From Escherichia phage vB_EcoM_EC001, in the sequence record MN445185.1: a stretch of 64,000 nucleotides of DNA; one strand, given 5' to 3'. The translations under genes were made by a program, and so were the position numbers. A model generated the notes under the pieces. The model made no database searches. It was not told where the DNA came from and saw only the letters and a list, made by a program, of their open reading frames with translations. Of this stretch, positions 1 to 7,473 are shown in pieces. Every line of letters starts with the position of its first letter. The stretch's first letter is position 1.

Positions 1-228
1 CTTCATCCATTTTGCAGTGATGGCATTACCTTGCTTTACAGTAAGGTTGTCAGCACCACTTAAACTGTTGTGTTGCTTCTCTACAGGTGTCTCTGTTGCA
101 TCGACAGCTGTAGGATTAATAAAGTTAACTTCGATAGGGATGACTTTAACTCGAGTGGCACCACGAGGTTTATCTTCCGCGACGATACCTATCGAGAAGA
201 TGTGCAACCCTGACTTAGATTTATTCAT
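1..228 (-). CDS. hypothetical protein, 5' part only (gene continues past window start)
   Basis: Minus-strand frame open from ATG at 226-228 to the window edge (76 codons, no stop); GAGGAGG 5 nt upstream. Absent from ORF track because truncated. Overlapping plus ORF 17..370 has no RBS. Confidence 0.45.
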   Translation of the reverse strand, partial: MNKSKSGLHIFSIGIVAEDKPRGATRVKVIPIEVNFINPTAVDATETPVEKQHNSLSGADNLTVKQGNAITAKWMK

Positions 229-408
229 ACCACCCTCCTCTCATACTACACTTTTTTACGTTTCGATCTCATCGTTTGACAATCGAGGAGTGTACGGGGG
301 TAAGGGGGTTTATGTATTGGATGCGAACATAAACGGAGGTATCCGTAGGATACCGACATCCTTTTTGTAGTTGACCTTGACTTTTAACCTAACGAGGAGT
401 GCAGTACC

Positions 409-726
409 ATGTCTTTATTTCAAACCATTAAAAGTGCATTAGAGCGTAATGATGCAGACAGTGCCTTTACTGCGTTACAGAAAGCCAGTAACGGGAAGCT
501 AGATAGCGTCTTTGCTAACAATCAAAGAATGCGCTTTTACAAAGTCGGGGAAGTAGACCAGTTCTACAACGAACTGTTTACAGGGGTAGTGCAAAGCGCG
601 GTATACGCCATGCCGACTGAACAACTAAGTCAGTTTGAAAAAGGGATGCGTTACCAGCGGTTAAGTAACGACTACTCATTACTGAATCTGGCTATCGATG
701 ACTGCGTCGTACTGGTTGTATACTAA
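409..726 (+). CDS. hypothetical protein (105 aa)
   Basis: ORF with GAGGAG 9 nt upstream of ATG; first gene after a divergent intergenic region. Confidence 0.6.
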   Translation: MSLFQTIKSALERNDADSAFTALQKASNGKLDSVFANNQRMRFYKVGEVDQFYNELFTGVVQSAVYAMPTEQLSQFEKGMRYQRLSNDYSLLNLAIDDCVVLVVY

Positions 727-846
727 GTTTTTACAGATAGATGTCATCTTAGTGAGCAATGTGTATAAACCCACAGTCGCTTAAACACCAACTGTTCTTT
801 AGTAACAGTTTTTGGTCACTTTAGTGTACTTTAAAGGAAATACCAA

Positions 847-2085
847 ATGTATAACGAATACGAATTAGTTTACCAGACACCGAAAGAAGCATTCTTTAAT
901 GCAGTAATTACTAACTCAATTGTACTGTTGGGAATGCAGTTCAATATTCGGAGTATGGCTTACAGCGACGTAACGTGGCAGGATTGTGCGTGCCTGCCAC
1001 AAAAGCTCTCAACCGTTGTCGAAAAGCGGCTGCTTGACAAAGGGGAAGTAAAGTGCCGTTTAGGCCACCACGTCTCTGACTTAGCGCCGTGGGTTGAATT
1101 AACCATGACATTCGAAGGGGATTCGCGGGTAGCTTACCTATCGGGTAATCAAAACATCGGACGCGCCATTGCTGAGGGTAACACAATGTGGGTGCACTAC
1201 ATTCTTACTCTGCTGATCGATAAACCGGTGTTCGAGTTAACACCAGACATGCCTACACTAAGCGATAGCAACTGGTGGATTGGCGGAGAGCTGAATACAG
1301 GGTTTAATGAGAAATTACAAAACTTTAATTCAGAGCGACTCGATGTTGATGCGGAAGTGTTGGTGCAGCAGTTCCCCGAATTCACTGCGTACCAAATTAC
1401 TACCGTATGGAATAGAGCGGTAAGCAAGCGCAGATTCTACACGAAAAACGCACCGCGTGAAGCAGCCAAACCTGTGGAAATTGACGAAGACACCAAGGAA
1501 GCACTGCGTGATCTAGTCACCATAGCCAATGATAGCAATATGATGTTCTGGACATCTGATGAAAACGCTAACCATTATTTCGGTGAGATGTTAGACGCCG
1601 ATGTTTGGTCAGTAATGCCGATAACAGAGCCAGGAAACCTTAAAGATTACTATAAGGTCGAAAAGGATGAGGTGGTTAATGAGAAAGTCCTCACTCTTCT
1701 TGCTGTTTTCCGCGAAGTTATCCAGTCAGAAATACTGTTAAGCATCTATAAACGTAAGACCCCGGCCAGTGAAAATGACACGGCGTGGGTATTTGACTGT
1801 CGACCGACAAATACAATATCGCCTGCGTTCTGGATACAGGTGACAGGAAAGCTGCAGCGTGTGAACAGTTATGTTGTTTCTCGCCTGCCAGATTCTGAAA
1901 TGCGCTCCGTTGCCGAACCTGCTTATTTGATGTCGGCGAAGGCGGTACAGGATGCGTGGCGTACCAACGAACTGAAACAATGGCATTACGACGCTATCAT
2001 CAAATGGGGTGTTAACAATGGCTGGAAAGAAGTGACTAAGTACGGCCGTCAACTGTTGTTTGTCGCTGATTTGCGTTTACTGTAA
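847..2085 (+). CDS. hypothetical protein (412 aa)
   Basis: Long ORF, AAAGGA upstream of ATG, followed by an intrinsic terminator; no motif recognised. Confidence 0.7.
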   Translation: MYNEYELVYQTPKEAFFNAVITNSIVLLGMQFNIRSMAYSDVTWQDCACLPQKLSTVVEKRLLDKGEVKCRLGHHVSDLAPWVELTMTFEGDSRVAYLSGNQNIGRAIAEGNTMWVHYILTLLIDKPVFELTPDMPTLSDSNWWIGGELNTGFNEKLQNFNSERLDVDAEVLVQQFPEFTAYQITTVWNRAVSKRRFYTKNAPREAAKPVEIDEDTKEALRDLVTIANDSNMMFWTSDENANHYFGEMLDADVWSVMPITEPGNLKDYYKVEKDEVVNEKVLTLLAVFREVIQSEILLSIYKRKTPASENDTAWVFDCRPTNTISPAFWIQVTGKLQRVNSYVVSRLPDSEMRSVAEPAYLMSAKAVQDAWRTNELKQWHYDAIIKWGVNNGWKEVTKYGRQLLFVADLRLL

Positions 2086-2094
2086 TCTCGTCAT

Positions 2095-2124
2095 CGGGGG
2101 TCTTGTACCCCCTTCTTATTTTTT
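2095..2124 (+). terminator. intrinsic terminator
   Basis: GGGGG-tcttgta-CCCCC then TTCTTATTTTTT, 10 nt after stop of 847..2085. Confidence 0.7.
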
Positions 2125-2145
2125 AACCGTAAAGAGTATTTAACC

Positions 2146-2727
2146 ATGCCACAACCAATTATTGAACAACATGAAATGAACTACGAAGAACTGACCCGCC
2201 GCTATCGCGTGAAAGCCCCACGGGTAGTAGAAGGTTGCGAGAAATACAAAGAAGCAGACTTCGTGGTATTCCAACGCGAAGGTGTTCCGATGATGGTGTT
2301 CGTAAAACACGTCAGCAGCGATAACGACGACCGCCTAGTGATGCTGTATAACTTGATGGCTACCGTACTAGATACCGATATTGGACTGTTACGTCGTTAT
2401 AAATCATCCTACGAACAGAAAGCGAAGGTGGTTGCTTTTGACTTACCACGCACGGTACTAGTAGATGGTTCCCGTCCGGCTATTCTTCGTTTTACGAAAA
2501 GCGAAAGCGACAGTAACCCAGCGCATATCGTTCAGCCACTAACGCTGTCGCAAGATACGTTACAGCAGAACGGCGGGATGGATTGGCTAAACGTCATGTT
2601 ACCGGGCCTAGCTGAAGGTCAGGAACTGCATCTGGTTTGCTACACCCCATCCGTTGAGCACACCTATGCGCGTTACCTTACCGAAGAACACGGTTTCCGT
2701 AACCACCGTGGTATTTACATTGCGTAA
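2146..2727 (+). CDS. hypothetical protein (193 aa)
   Basis: ORF starting 20 nt after a terminator; tightly packed with next gene. Confidence 0.65.
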   Translation: MPQPIIEQHEMNYEELTRRYRVKAPRVVEGCEKYKEADFVVFQREGVPMMVFVKHVSSDNDDRLVMLYNLMATVLDTDIGLLRRYKSSYEQKAKVVAFDLPRTVLVDGSRPAILRFTKSESDSNPAHIVQPLTLSQDTLQQNGGMDWLNVMLPGLAEGQELHLVCYTPSVEHTYARYLTEEHGFRNHRGIYIA

Positions 2728-2736
2728 GGTGAGTGT

Positions 2737-3300
2737 ATGTCCCGTTTACTAGAAATTCGAAACGATATCTGGCAAGAGCAGATCCACAACGATCCAGAGT
2801 GGGAAGGAGTTGAAAGTGATTTACCGGATAACCCCGACCAGCTGTTGGTGTTCCTTTATAGCGATAAAGCCAAACAGATCAAGGGGATATTTGAACGCAA
2901 AACGACAAGCTTGTCGACCTTACTGAGCTGCATTTGCTGTGGCATCAGTGAGCTTGATCCCAATCTATTCACCAACTATCTTGCGCGTAAAGTCCGTACA
3001 CCACTACTAGAAGTTACACTCCCGCCAGATATTCGTATCAGTAAAACTGTACCGACTGTTTTGCGTTTACAGGATGTGTCTGGTAGTAGCGACGATGGGG
3101 AAACAACGATTACTCTTTCCTCGTCAGAGAGTGAACTCGCAACCAAATCGTTTCTTAGCGAAGTCGAGGCCGGATTAAAGCAGGACGTAATCGTCTATAA
3201 TCTCGGCAGTGTGCCCATTGAGCCCATTTTACACTTCTTTGAAAGCCAAACCTGCCATCTTGTAGAAAGCTTAACATACCACTTTAAAGGAGCTTTATGA
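2737..3300 (+). CDS. hypothetical protein (187 aa)
   Basis: ORF with AAGGTGAG SD; 9-nt spacer from upstream gene. Confidence 0.65.
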   Translation: MSRLLEIRNDIWQEQIHNDPEWEGVESDLPDNPDQLLVFLYSDKAKQIKGIFERKTTSLSTLLSCICCGISELDPNLFTNYLARKVRTPLLEVTLPPDIRISKTVPTVLRLQDVSGSSDDGETTITLSSSESELATKSFLSEVEAGLKQDVIVYNLGSVPIEPILHFFESQTCHLVESLTYHFKGAL

Positions 3301-3584
3301 TGAAACTCGAAGGCTACGTTGTTACTGATAAACCTTTTGCTGAAGCCAACCTGTCGCGTTCACAGGTTGTTTATAAAGACATCGATGTGCCTGCCGAAAT
3401 CGTTAAAGCGAATCCCAGCTGGCTAATCAACCACGTTTCTTTGGAAATCACCAATCCGTTTATCAACGATCCAACCGACCCATTTGTCGACATGGGTAAT
3501 TTCCGCGATATTCTTTCCCCGCATCAATACCAGACAGTGGCACAGAAGAAAGGGAAGCTGCTCATCGAAACGTTGAGTGTGTAG
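3297..3584 (+). CDS. hypothetical protein (95 aa)
   Basis: ATGA start/stop overlap with upstream gene; AAAGGAG SD; followed by a strong terminator. Confidence 0.55.
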   Translation: MMKLEGYVVTDKPFAEANLSRSQVVYKDIDVPAEIVKANPSWLINHVSLEITNPFINDPTDPFVDMGNFRDILSPHQYQTVAQKKGKLLIETLSV

Positions 3585-3589
3585 TTTAT

Positions 3590-3630
3590 CTCCAGTAACC
3601 ACGAGGGTTACTGGAGTCCTCTTATTTTTT
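3590..3630 (+). terminator. intrinsic terminator
   Basis: 11-bp stem CTCCAGTAACC/GGTTACTGGAG, loop ACGAG, then TCCTCTTATTTTTT. Confidence 0.8.
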
Positions 3631-3663
3631 ACACTTAACTCAAATTAATTTGAGGTGTGGTAT

Positions 3664-4251
3664 ATGACAGAACGTATTTTACGACTGCAAGAGAACAGGT
3701 TAGAAGACCTGCACGTAATGCGTAGTCGCGGCTTGTTCCCAGTGGGGCTTGATGTAAGTGGGTTAATAACTTCTGCGCAGCACGGGGACAGGGTCATTAC
3801 AATGCATTCGCGTGGGAACGAAGTGGTCTCTGCGATTTTCATCGATAAGGTTATTCCGGACTCGGAAAGTGGTAAGGTAGCGGGACACATCATTTACGAA
3901 TACTTTCGCAGCATTCTATACGAGGAAAAGATAAACGTCAAAACTTTTATGGAGTACGCTAAGCGAAATAACTACATCGATGCGCGACTGATGGTCACGG
4001 AAGGCACCCCAACTATAAACGGTAAAGTCCACCATCGTTTACTTGGGGCGCAGTTGCCGAGACTGGGTGAGTTACCGACGACGATAGAGCTACACCAAAA
4101 AACAGATTGGCGACACAAAATCGAAGTGCTTCACAAGCTTTACGATTTATCGATCGTTCAAATCAAACTGGTGGACTTCACGCCTGCAAATATGCAAATC
4201 GCTAAGCGCGCATTGGGTTTTCGTATTCTTAACACAACGTTCACATTGTAA
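3664..4251 (+). CDS. hypothetical protein (195 aa)
   Basis: Track ORF 3655..4251 begins at GTG; start moved to ATG 3664 with GAGGTG SD. Confidence 0.65.
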   Translation: MTERILRLQENRLEDLHVMRSRGLFPVGLDVSGLITSAQHGDRVITMHSRGNEVVSAIFIDKVIPDSESGKVAGHIIYEYFRSILYEEKINVKTFMEYAKRNNYIDARLMVTEGTPTINGKVHHRLLGAQLPRLGELPTTIELHQKTDWRHKIEVLHKLYDLSIVQIKLVDFTPANMQIAKRALGFRILNTTFTL

Positions 4252-4282
4252 AATATCTCAGATATATATTACTTAGGTGAGA
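4252..4282 (+). promoter_or_regulatory. conserved promoter-like element, TATATTAC class
   Basis: …CTCAGATATATATTACTTAGGTGAG… right after stop of 3664..4251; near-identical copy at 62806; core matches phiKZ early-promoter element as I recall it. Confidence 0.45.
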
Positions 4283-4302
4283 GTTAAGAGATTAACTCAA
4301 CT

Positions 4303-4331
4303 GGCTACCCTCGGGTAGCCTATTCTTTTTT
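4303..4331 (+). terminator. hairpin + T-run between promoter-like motif and gene 4357 (terminator or attenuator)
   Basis: GGCTACC-ctcg-GGTAGCC then TATTCTTTTTT. Confidence 0.6.
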
Positions 4332-4356
4332 AAACCAATCGACTGTAGAGCAAAAC

Positions 4357-4758
4357 ATGACTATCAAGAAGTTCTTACAAACAGTAGTAGTTCTGGCCGC
4401 ATGTGGTATCGCAGCAACTTATGCTTTCGATAAGCCAGACGTGACTGAATACGTATCAGCGGATTCCGATTACGGTATTGCACCGAATGAAAAACCGGAA
4501 CTGATGCGTGAGGTCGAACAGTTACAAATCTACAAACTGACGGATGGTAAGAACTGCACAGGGCTGGTTATCGCTGATAAGAAACTGAAAATGTATCAGC
4601 GGTTAATCGACATATCGTGCGATCAACCAAAAGTCACCTCGGTCAGTGTATCGCCGTTGGAATTGCCAGATCTGGTTGCTGTGAGTTTTTATCACAACGA
4701 TGTGCTCGTTGGTCGCATCACCCTCAATCGTGGAGATATCAAAAATGAAATGCAATAA
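4357..4758 (+). CDS. putative lipoprotein (133 aa)
   Basis: N-terminal signal peptide with lipobox-like VLAAC-G. Confidence 0.6.
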   Translation: MTIKKFLQTVVVLAACGIAATYAFDKPDVTEYVSADSDYGIAPNEKPELMREVEQLQIYKLTDGKNCTGLVIADKKLKMYQRLIDISCDQPKVTSVSVSPLELPDLVAVSFYHNDVLVGRITLNRGDIKNEMQ

Positions 4759-5236
4759 CGTTAATCGCCACTTGGCCAAAGTGGTGCTTTTTACTGTGCT
4801 GTTGATGGCACTTGTTGTTGGGCTACGGATTTCTAAGGCACACGCTGACGAATTCAGCGGGTTCCAGGGCAGTATTAACGGCAGCATTCCAGCATATACC
4901 CGCACCATCAATCTTAATGATAAGCCGTTCTGGTGCAATGCGCGTAAGCTGCTTAAGAAACAGTGTCGTGTAGTTGACATATCCTTCAACGGTCGTGTCG
5001 CTATCGTACACCGTCCGGGCGATAAAGATTGCCCAGGTGGTTGGTGGGGTGCAGTCGACCGTCACAACGGTGACGCGTTATGGCTTATCCCTAATCGTGA
5101 TGAACTATCAGTGGAGAAAATTTGCAGCAAAGATTTCAGGGCCGGTTTTGTACAGCGACCGGATACCAAAACTCTGGCCTCCATCGCTATGTACTACGGT
5201 ATGGAAACCATCAAAACAATCGACTATTCAGAATAA
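4745..5236 (+). CDS. putative secreted protein (163 aa)
   Basis: Start moved from track ORF 4700 to ATG 4745 (GGAGA SD); predicted signal peptide ending ...SKAHA; several Cys; overlaps upstream gene by 14 nt. Confidence 0.6.
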   Translation: MKCNNVNRHLAKVVLFTVLLMALVVGLRISKAHADEFSGFQGSINGSIPAYTRTINLNDKPFWCNARKLLKKQCRVVDISFNGRVAIVHRPGDKDCPGGWWGAVDRHNGDALWLIPNRDELSVEKICSKDFRAGFVQRPDTKTLASIAMYYGMETIKTIDYSE

Positions 5237-5258
5237 CTCAAAAAATTGAGGTGCTATT

Positions 5259-5669
5259 ATGAAACATTTTTTATTACCAGTTTTACTTGCTACTCTGGCC
5301 ATTAGCTTCTTCGCTCGCGCTGGAAGTATCGAGTTACCAAAAGTTGTTAACGATCACGAATACGGCGGACAGTTCTGGTGCCAGAACTCTGACGTACAAG
5401 GCGGTAGCTGCCAGATCGTTGCGATGTCCGATAACAACCGTTACCTGTTAGTGAAAACGATGGGCGGTGTCGCATGTGGCGACCCTGAATACGGGGTTAT
5501 TAACATGGCAACCGGGCAAGCCGAATCCATGAACTACAATGATAACCAAGCCTGTAGCGGTGAAGCCGTTGCTGAGTTTACACGCGACCCAGGCGACAAT
5601 GCCCTGACGGTTATCATGTACGACCCTACGATTAAGAAAAACGTAGGCATCAATAAACTCGACTTTTAA
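5259..5669 (+). CDS. putative secreted protein (136 aa)
   Basis: GAGGTG SD; N-terminal signal peptide (MKHFLLPVLLATLAISFFARA); Cys-containing mature part. Confidence 0.65.
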   Translation: MKHFLLPVLLATLAISFFARAGSIELPKVVNDHEYGGQFWCQNSDVQGGSCQIVAMSDNNRYLLVKTMGGVACGDPEYGVINMATGQAESMNYNDNQACSGEAVAEFTRDPGDNALTVIMYDPTIKKNVGINKLDF

Positions 5670-5682
5670 GTAAGGAAACAAC

Positions 5683-6066
5683 ATGCGTGGATTTATGGGT
5701 ATTATCGCGGCGGTGTTCTTGACCGCTTCCGCTTCAGCTACAACCAGCGTAGAAGATTTACTGCCAGGCACACCGTATCAGTACAACCCGCCTTCATTCG
5801 AAGTCTGTACTGGCGACGATGGCAGATGTGAAGAAGTCAGCCGTCACGACGAGTATATCCTGGTCCACGCAAAGGGCGAAGAAACTTGTCCTGCAGGTTA
5901 CTACTTTCTGTTGAACTCAAAGGCACAAGAGATTGTGCCGGTAGAGACAATAACGTGCGACCCGACGCTTCGCGCGTCGCTCGCTTACAATACGAAAACC
6001 AAACAGCGCCTCCTGGTTATTGAACAACAAGGCGAAGTGCGTGGTTCAATAGCGCTCGACCAGTAA
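5683..6066 (+). CDS. putative secreted protein (127 aa)
   Basis: AAGGA SD; signal peptide (…AAVFLTASASA); Cys-rich mature part. Confidence 0.65.
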   Translation: MRGFMGIIAAVFLTASASATTSVEDLLPGTPYQYNPPSFEVCTGDDGRCEEVSRHDEYILVHAKGEETCPAGYYFLLNSKAQEIVPVETITCDPTLRASLAYNTKTKQRLLVIEQQGEVRGSIALDQ

Positions 6067-6095
6067 CCGAAAAGTTTTCAGACAGATGTTATAAC

Positions 6096-6168
6096 GTGAG
6101 ATGACGACCCATCTCACTTTGGCCCTGCGGTGATTTCCCCAACACTTAGCCGCAGGGTCCTTTTTAAT
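6096..6168 (+). terminator. tandem hairpins, second followed by T-run
   Basis: GTGAGAT…ATCTCAC, then CCCTGCGG-(19-nt loop)-CCGCAGGG followed by TCCTTTTT, which runs into the TTAATCGAC motif. Confidence 0.55.
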
Positions 6169-6181
6169 CGACTATTACTCG
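6164..6181 (+). promoter_or_regulatory. conserved 5'-leader motif TTAATCGAC(C/T)ATTA
   Basis: TTAATCGACTATTACTCG ending ~19 nt before ATG 6196. Confidence 0.35.
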
Positions 6182-6195
6182 TAAGGATTAAGCAA

Positions 6196-6696
6196 ATGAA
6201 CATGAACATTCTCGACGATACCCGTTCTTCTTTCTTTACTCAGATGAACGTTAACCCTGAACGTACCCGTGCTATTCTTTCTACTGGTTGGAAGTTGAAG
6301 TTGTTAGGCGAGTTAACCCTCAATCGCACCGACTGGCCAGCAGAAGCAACCGTACTGATTAACAGCATCCACAGCGAATGGTTAGATGCTGCGTTGAATG
6401 CCCCACAGCTACGTCCGTACTACCGGATGCTTCACGCGGGATATGAAGTATACCGCAAAGGTTGGTACGATGCAGCCACTTATTGCAAAACCCCTGAAGG
6501 TCGTGAAGACAACACTGTCGACCACGTATTAGTGAATAACTTCTGGGGAGACCAAATTGAGGTCTTACAACTCTCTACCGGTGACCGTATTCCGGCCTGT
6601 GAGTTATTCGAAACTAACGCACAAATGTACGAACCGTATGCAATGATTCGTGGCCATAAGGTCCCAATCATTTCCCTTATGCATATGGGGCTGTAA
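6196..6696 (+). CDS. hypothetical protein (166 aa)
   Basis: Track ORF 6130..6696 starts inside a terminator hairpin; start moved to ATG 6196 (AAGGA SD), preceded by the TTAATCGACTATTA motif. Confidence 0.65.
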   Translation: MNMNILDDTRSSFFTQMNVNPERTRAILSTGWKLKLLGELTLNRTDWPAEATVLINSIHSEWLDAALNAPQLRPYYRMLHAGYEVYRKGWYDAATYCKTPEGREDNTVDHVLVNNFWGDQIEVLQLSTGDRIPACELFETNAQMYEPYAMIRGHKVPIISLMHMGL

Positions 6697-6702
6697 ATAC
6701 GA

Positions 6703-6732
6703 GAGGTAGCCTACGGGCTACCTTCTTTTTTT
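6703..6732 (+). terminator. intrinsic terminator
   Basis: AGGTAGCC-tacg-GGCTACCT then TCTTTTTTT. Confidence 0.75.
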
Positions 6733-6750
6733 GTTGAAGAAGGATTAAAC

Positions 6751-7377
6751 ATGAACGAGATTACCCTGATTCGTTTCATCGACGATATGGTGACGTGTCA
6801 GAAAGCGAATCGTCAGGATACCAAACTGCGTATCAATCTGATGGAAGAAGAGGTAGAAGGGTTTCTGGAATACCCGCGATTGGTGAAGTGGTTTAAAGAA
6901 GCACTGCCGCGTAGCTGGGAACAGCTAGAAGCGTGGTTTGCTCTACCTATTGCAGAACGTAATCCCAATAATACGATCTTCACCGGAACTACTGCATTAG
7001 ATTTGGCTGGTTCGGTGGAGCAACCTAAACGTTTAGTTTTCTTCTACGTCAATGGCGATTCAATAATGGCTGATACAGTTAACTGGATTTCTGATGAGTT
7101 AACTGTAAACACCACATTGGTCGGTAGCGCTGCTGATGCCTGGGTTGTTGGTCAGCACCAATCGCAGCCGTACGAAGAAATCAAAACCGGTTATTTAATC
7201 CCGATATATCTCGACGGCGTGGCACCGGGTCGTAGTGCCGAACTGTTCAAATTCCTGCTTACTGAAACGTTAAAGGTTGTCGATTCTGATGCTGGTCGGG
7301 CGTGGTATGAATTAACCAAAGAGCGCACCGACAGTTTCTGGGAATCACTCGGCCACCGTAAGTTTACTCCGCAATAA
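6751..7377 (+). CDS. hypothetical protein (208 aa)
   Basis: ORF between two intrinsic terminators; GAAGGA SD. Confidence 0.65.
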   Translation: MNEITLIRFIDDMVTCQKANRQDTKLRINLMEEEVEGFLEYPRLVKWFKEALPRSWEQLEAWFALPIAERNPNNTIFTGTTALDLAGSVEQPKRLVFFYVNGDSIMADTVNWISDELTVNTTLVGSAADAWVVGQHQSQPYEEIKTGYLIPIYLDGVAPGRSAELFKFLLTETLKVVDSDAGRAWYELTKERTDSFWESLGHRKFTPQ

Positions 7378-7388
7378 CTCTCCTCTCT

Positions 7389-7420
7389 GGAACCCTTCGG
7401 GGTTCCATTTCTTCTTTTTT
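7389..7420 (+). terminator. intrinsic terminator
   Basis: GGAACCC-ttcg-GGGTTCC then ATTTCTTCTTTTTT. Confidence 0.75.
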
Positions 7421-7440
7421 ACGCATGACCTTTTGGATAT

Positions 7441-7454
7441 GAACGACTAATACT
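7441..7454 (+). promoter_or_regulatory. conserved 5'-leader motif (variant GAACGACTAATACT)
   Basis: Same spacing (~19 nt) to ATG 7474 as other copies. Confidence 0.3.
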
Positions 7455-7473
7455 TTCTCATTAGAAGGCAAAC

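Noticed and set aside
276-281. sigma70-like -35 hexamer TTGACA in the first intergenic region
   Set aside because: No convincing -10 (TATAAT-like) hexamer at 16-18 bp spacing; a single hexamer is expected by chance in 64 kb.
17-370. Plus-strand ORF of 117 aa at the window start
   Set aside because: No RBS, odd composition, and it overlaps a better-supported minus-strand gene (ATG at 226-228 with GAGGAGG SD) that runs off the window; treated as a shadow ORF.
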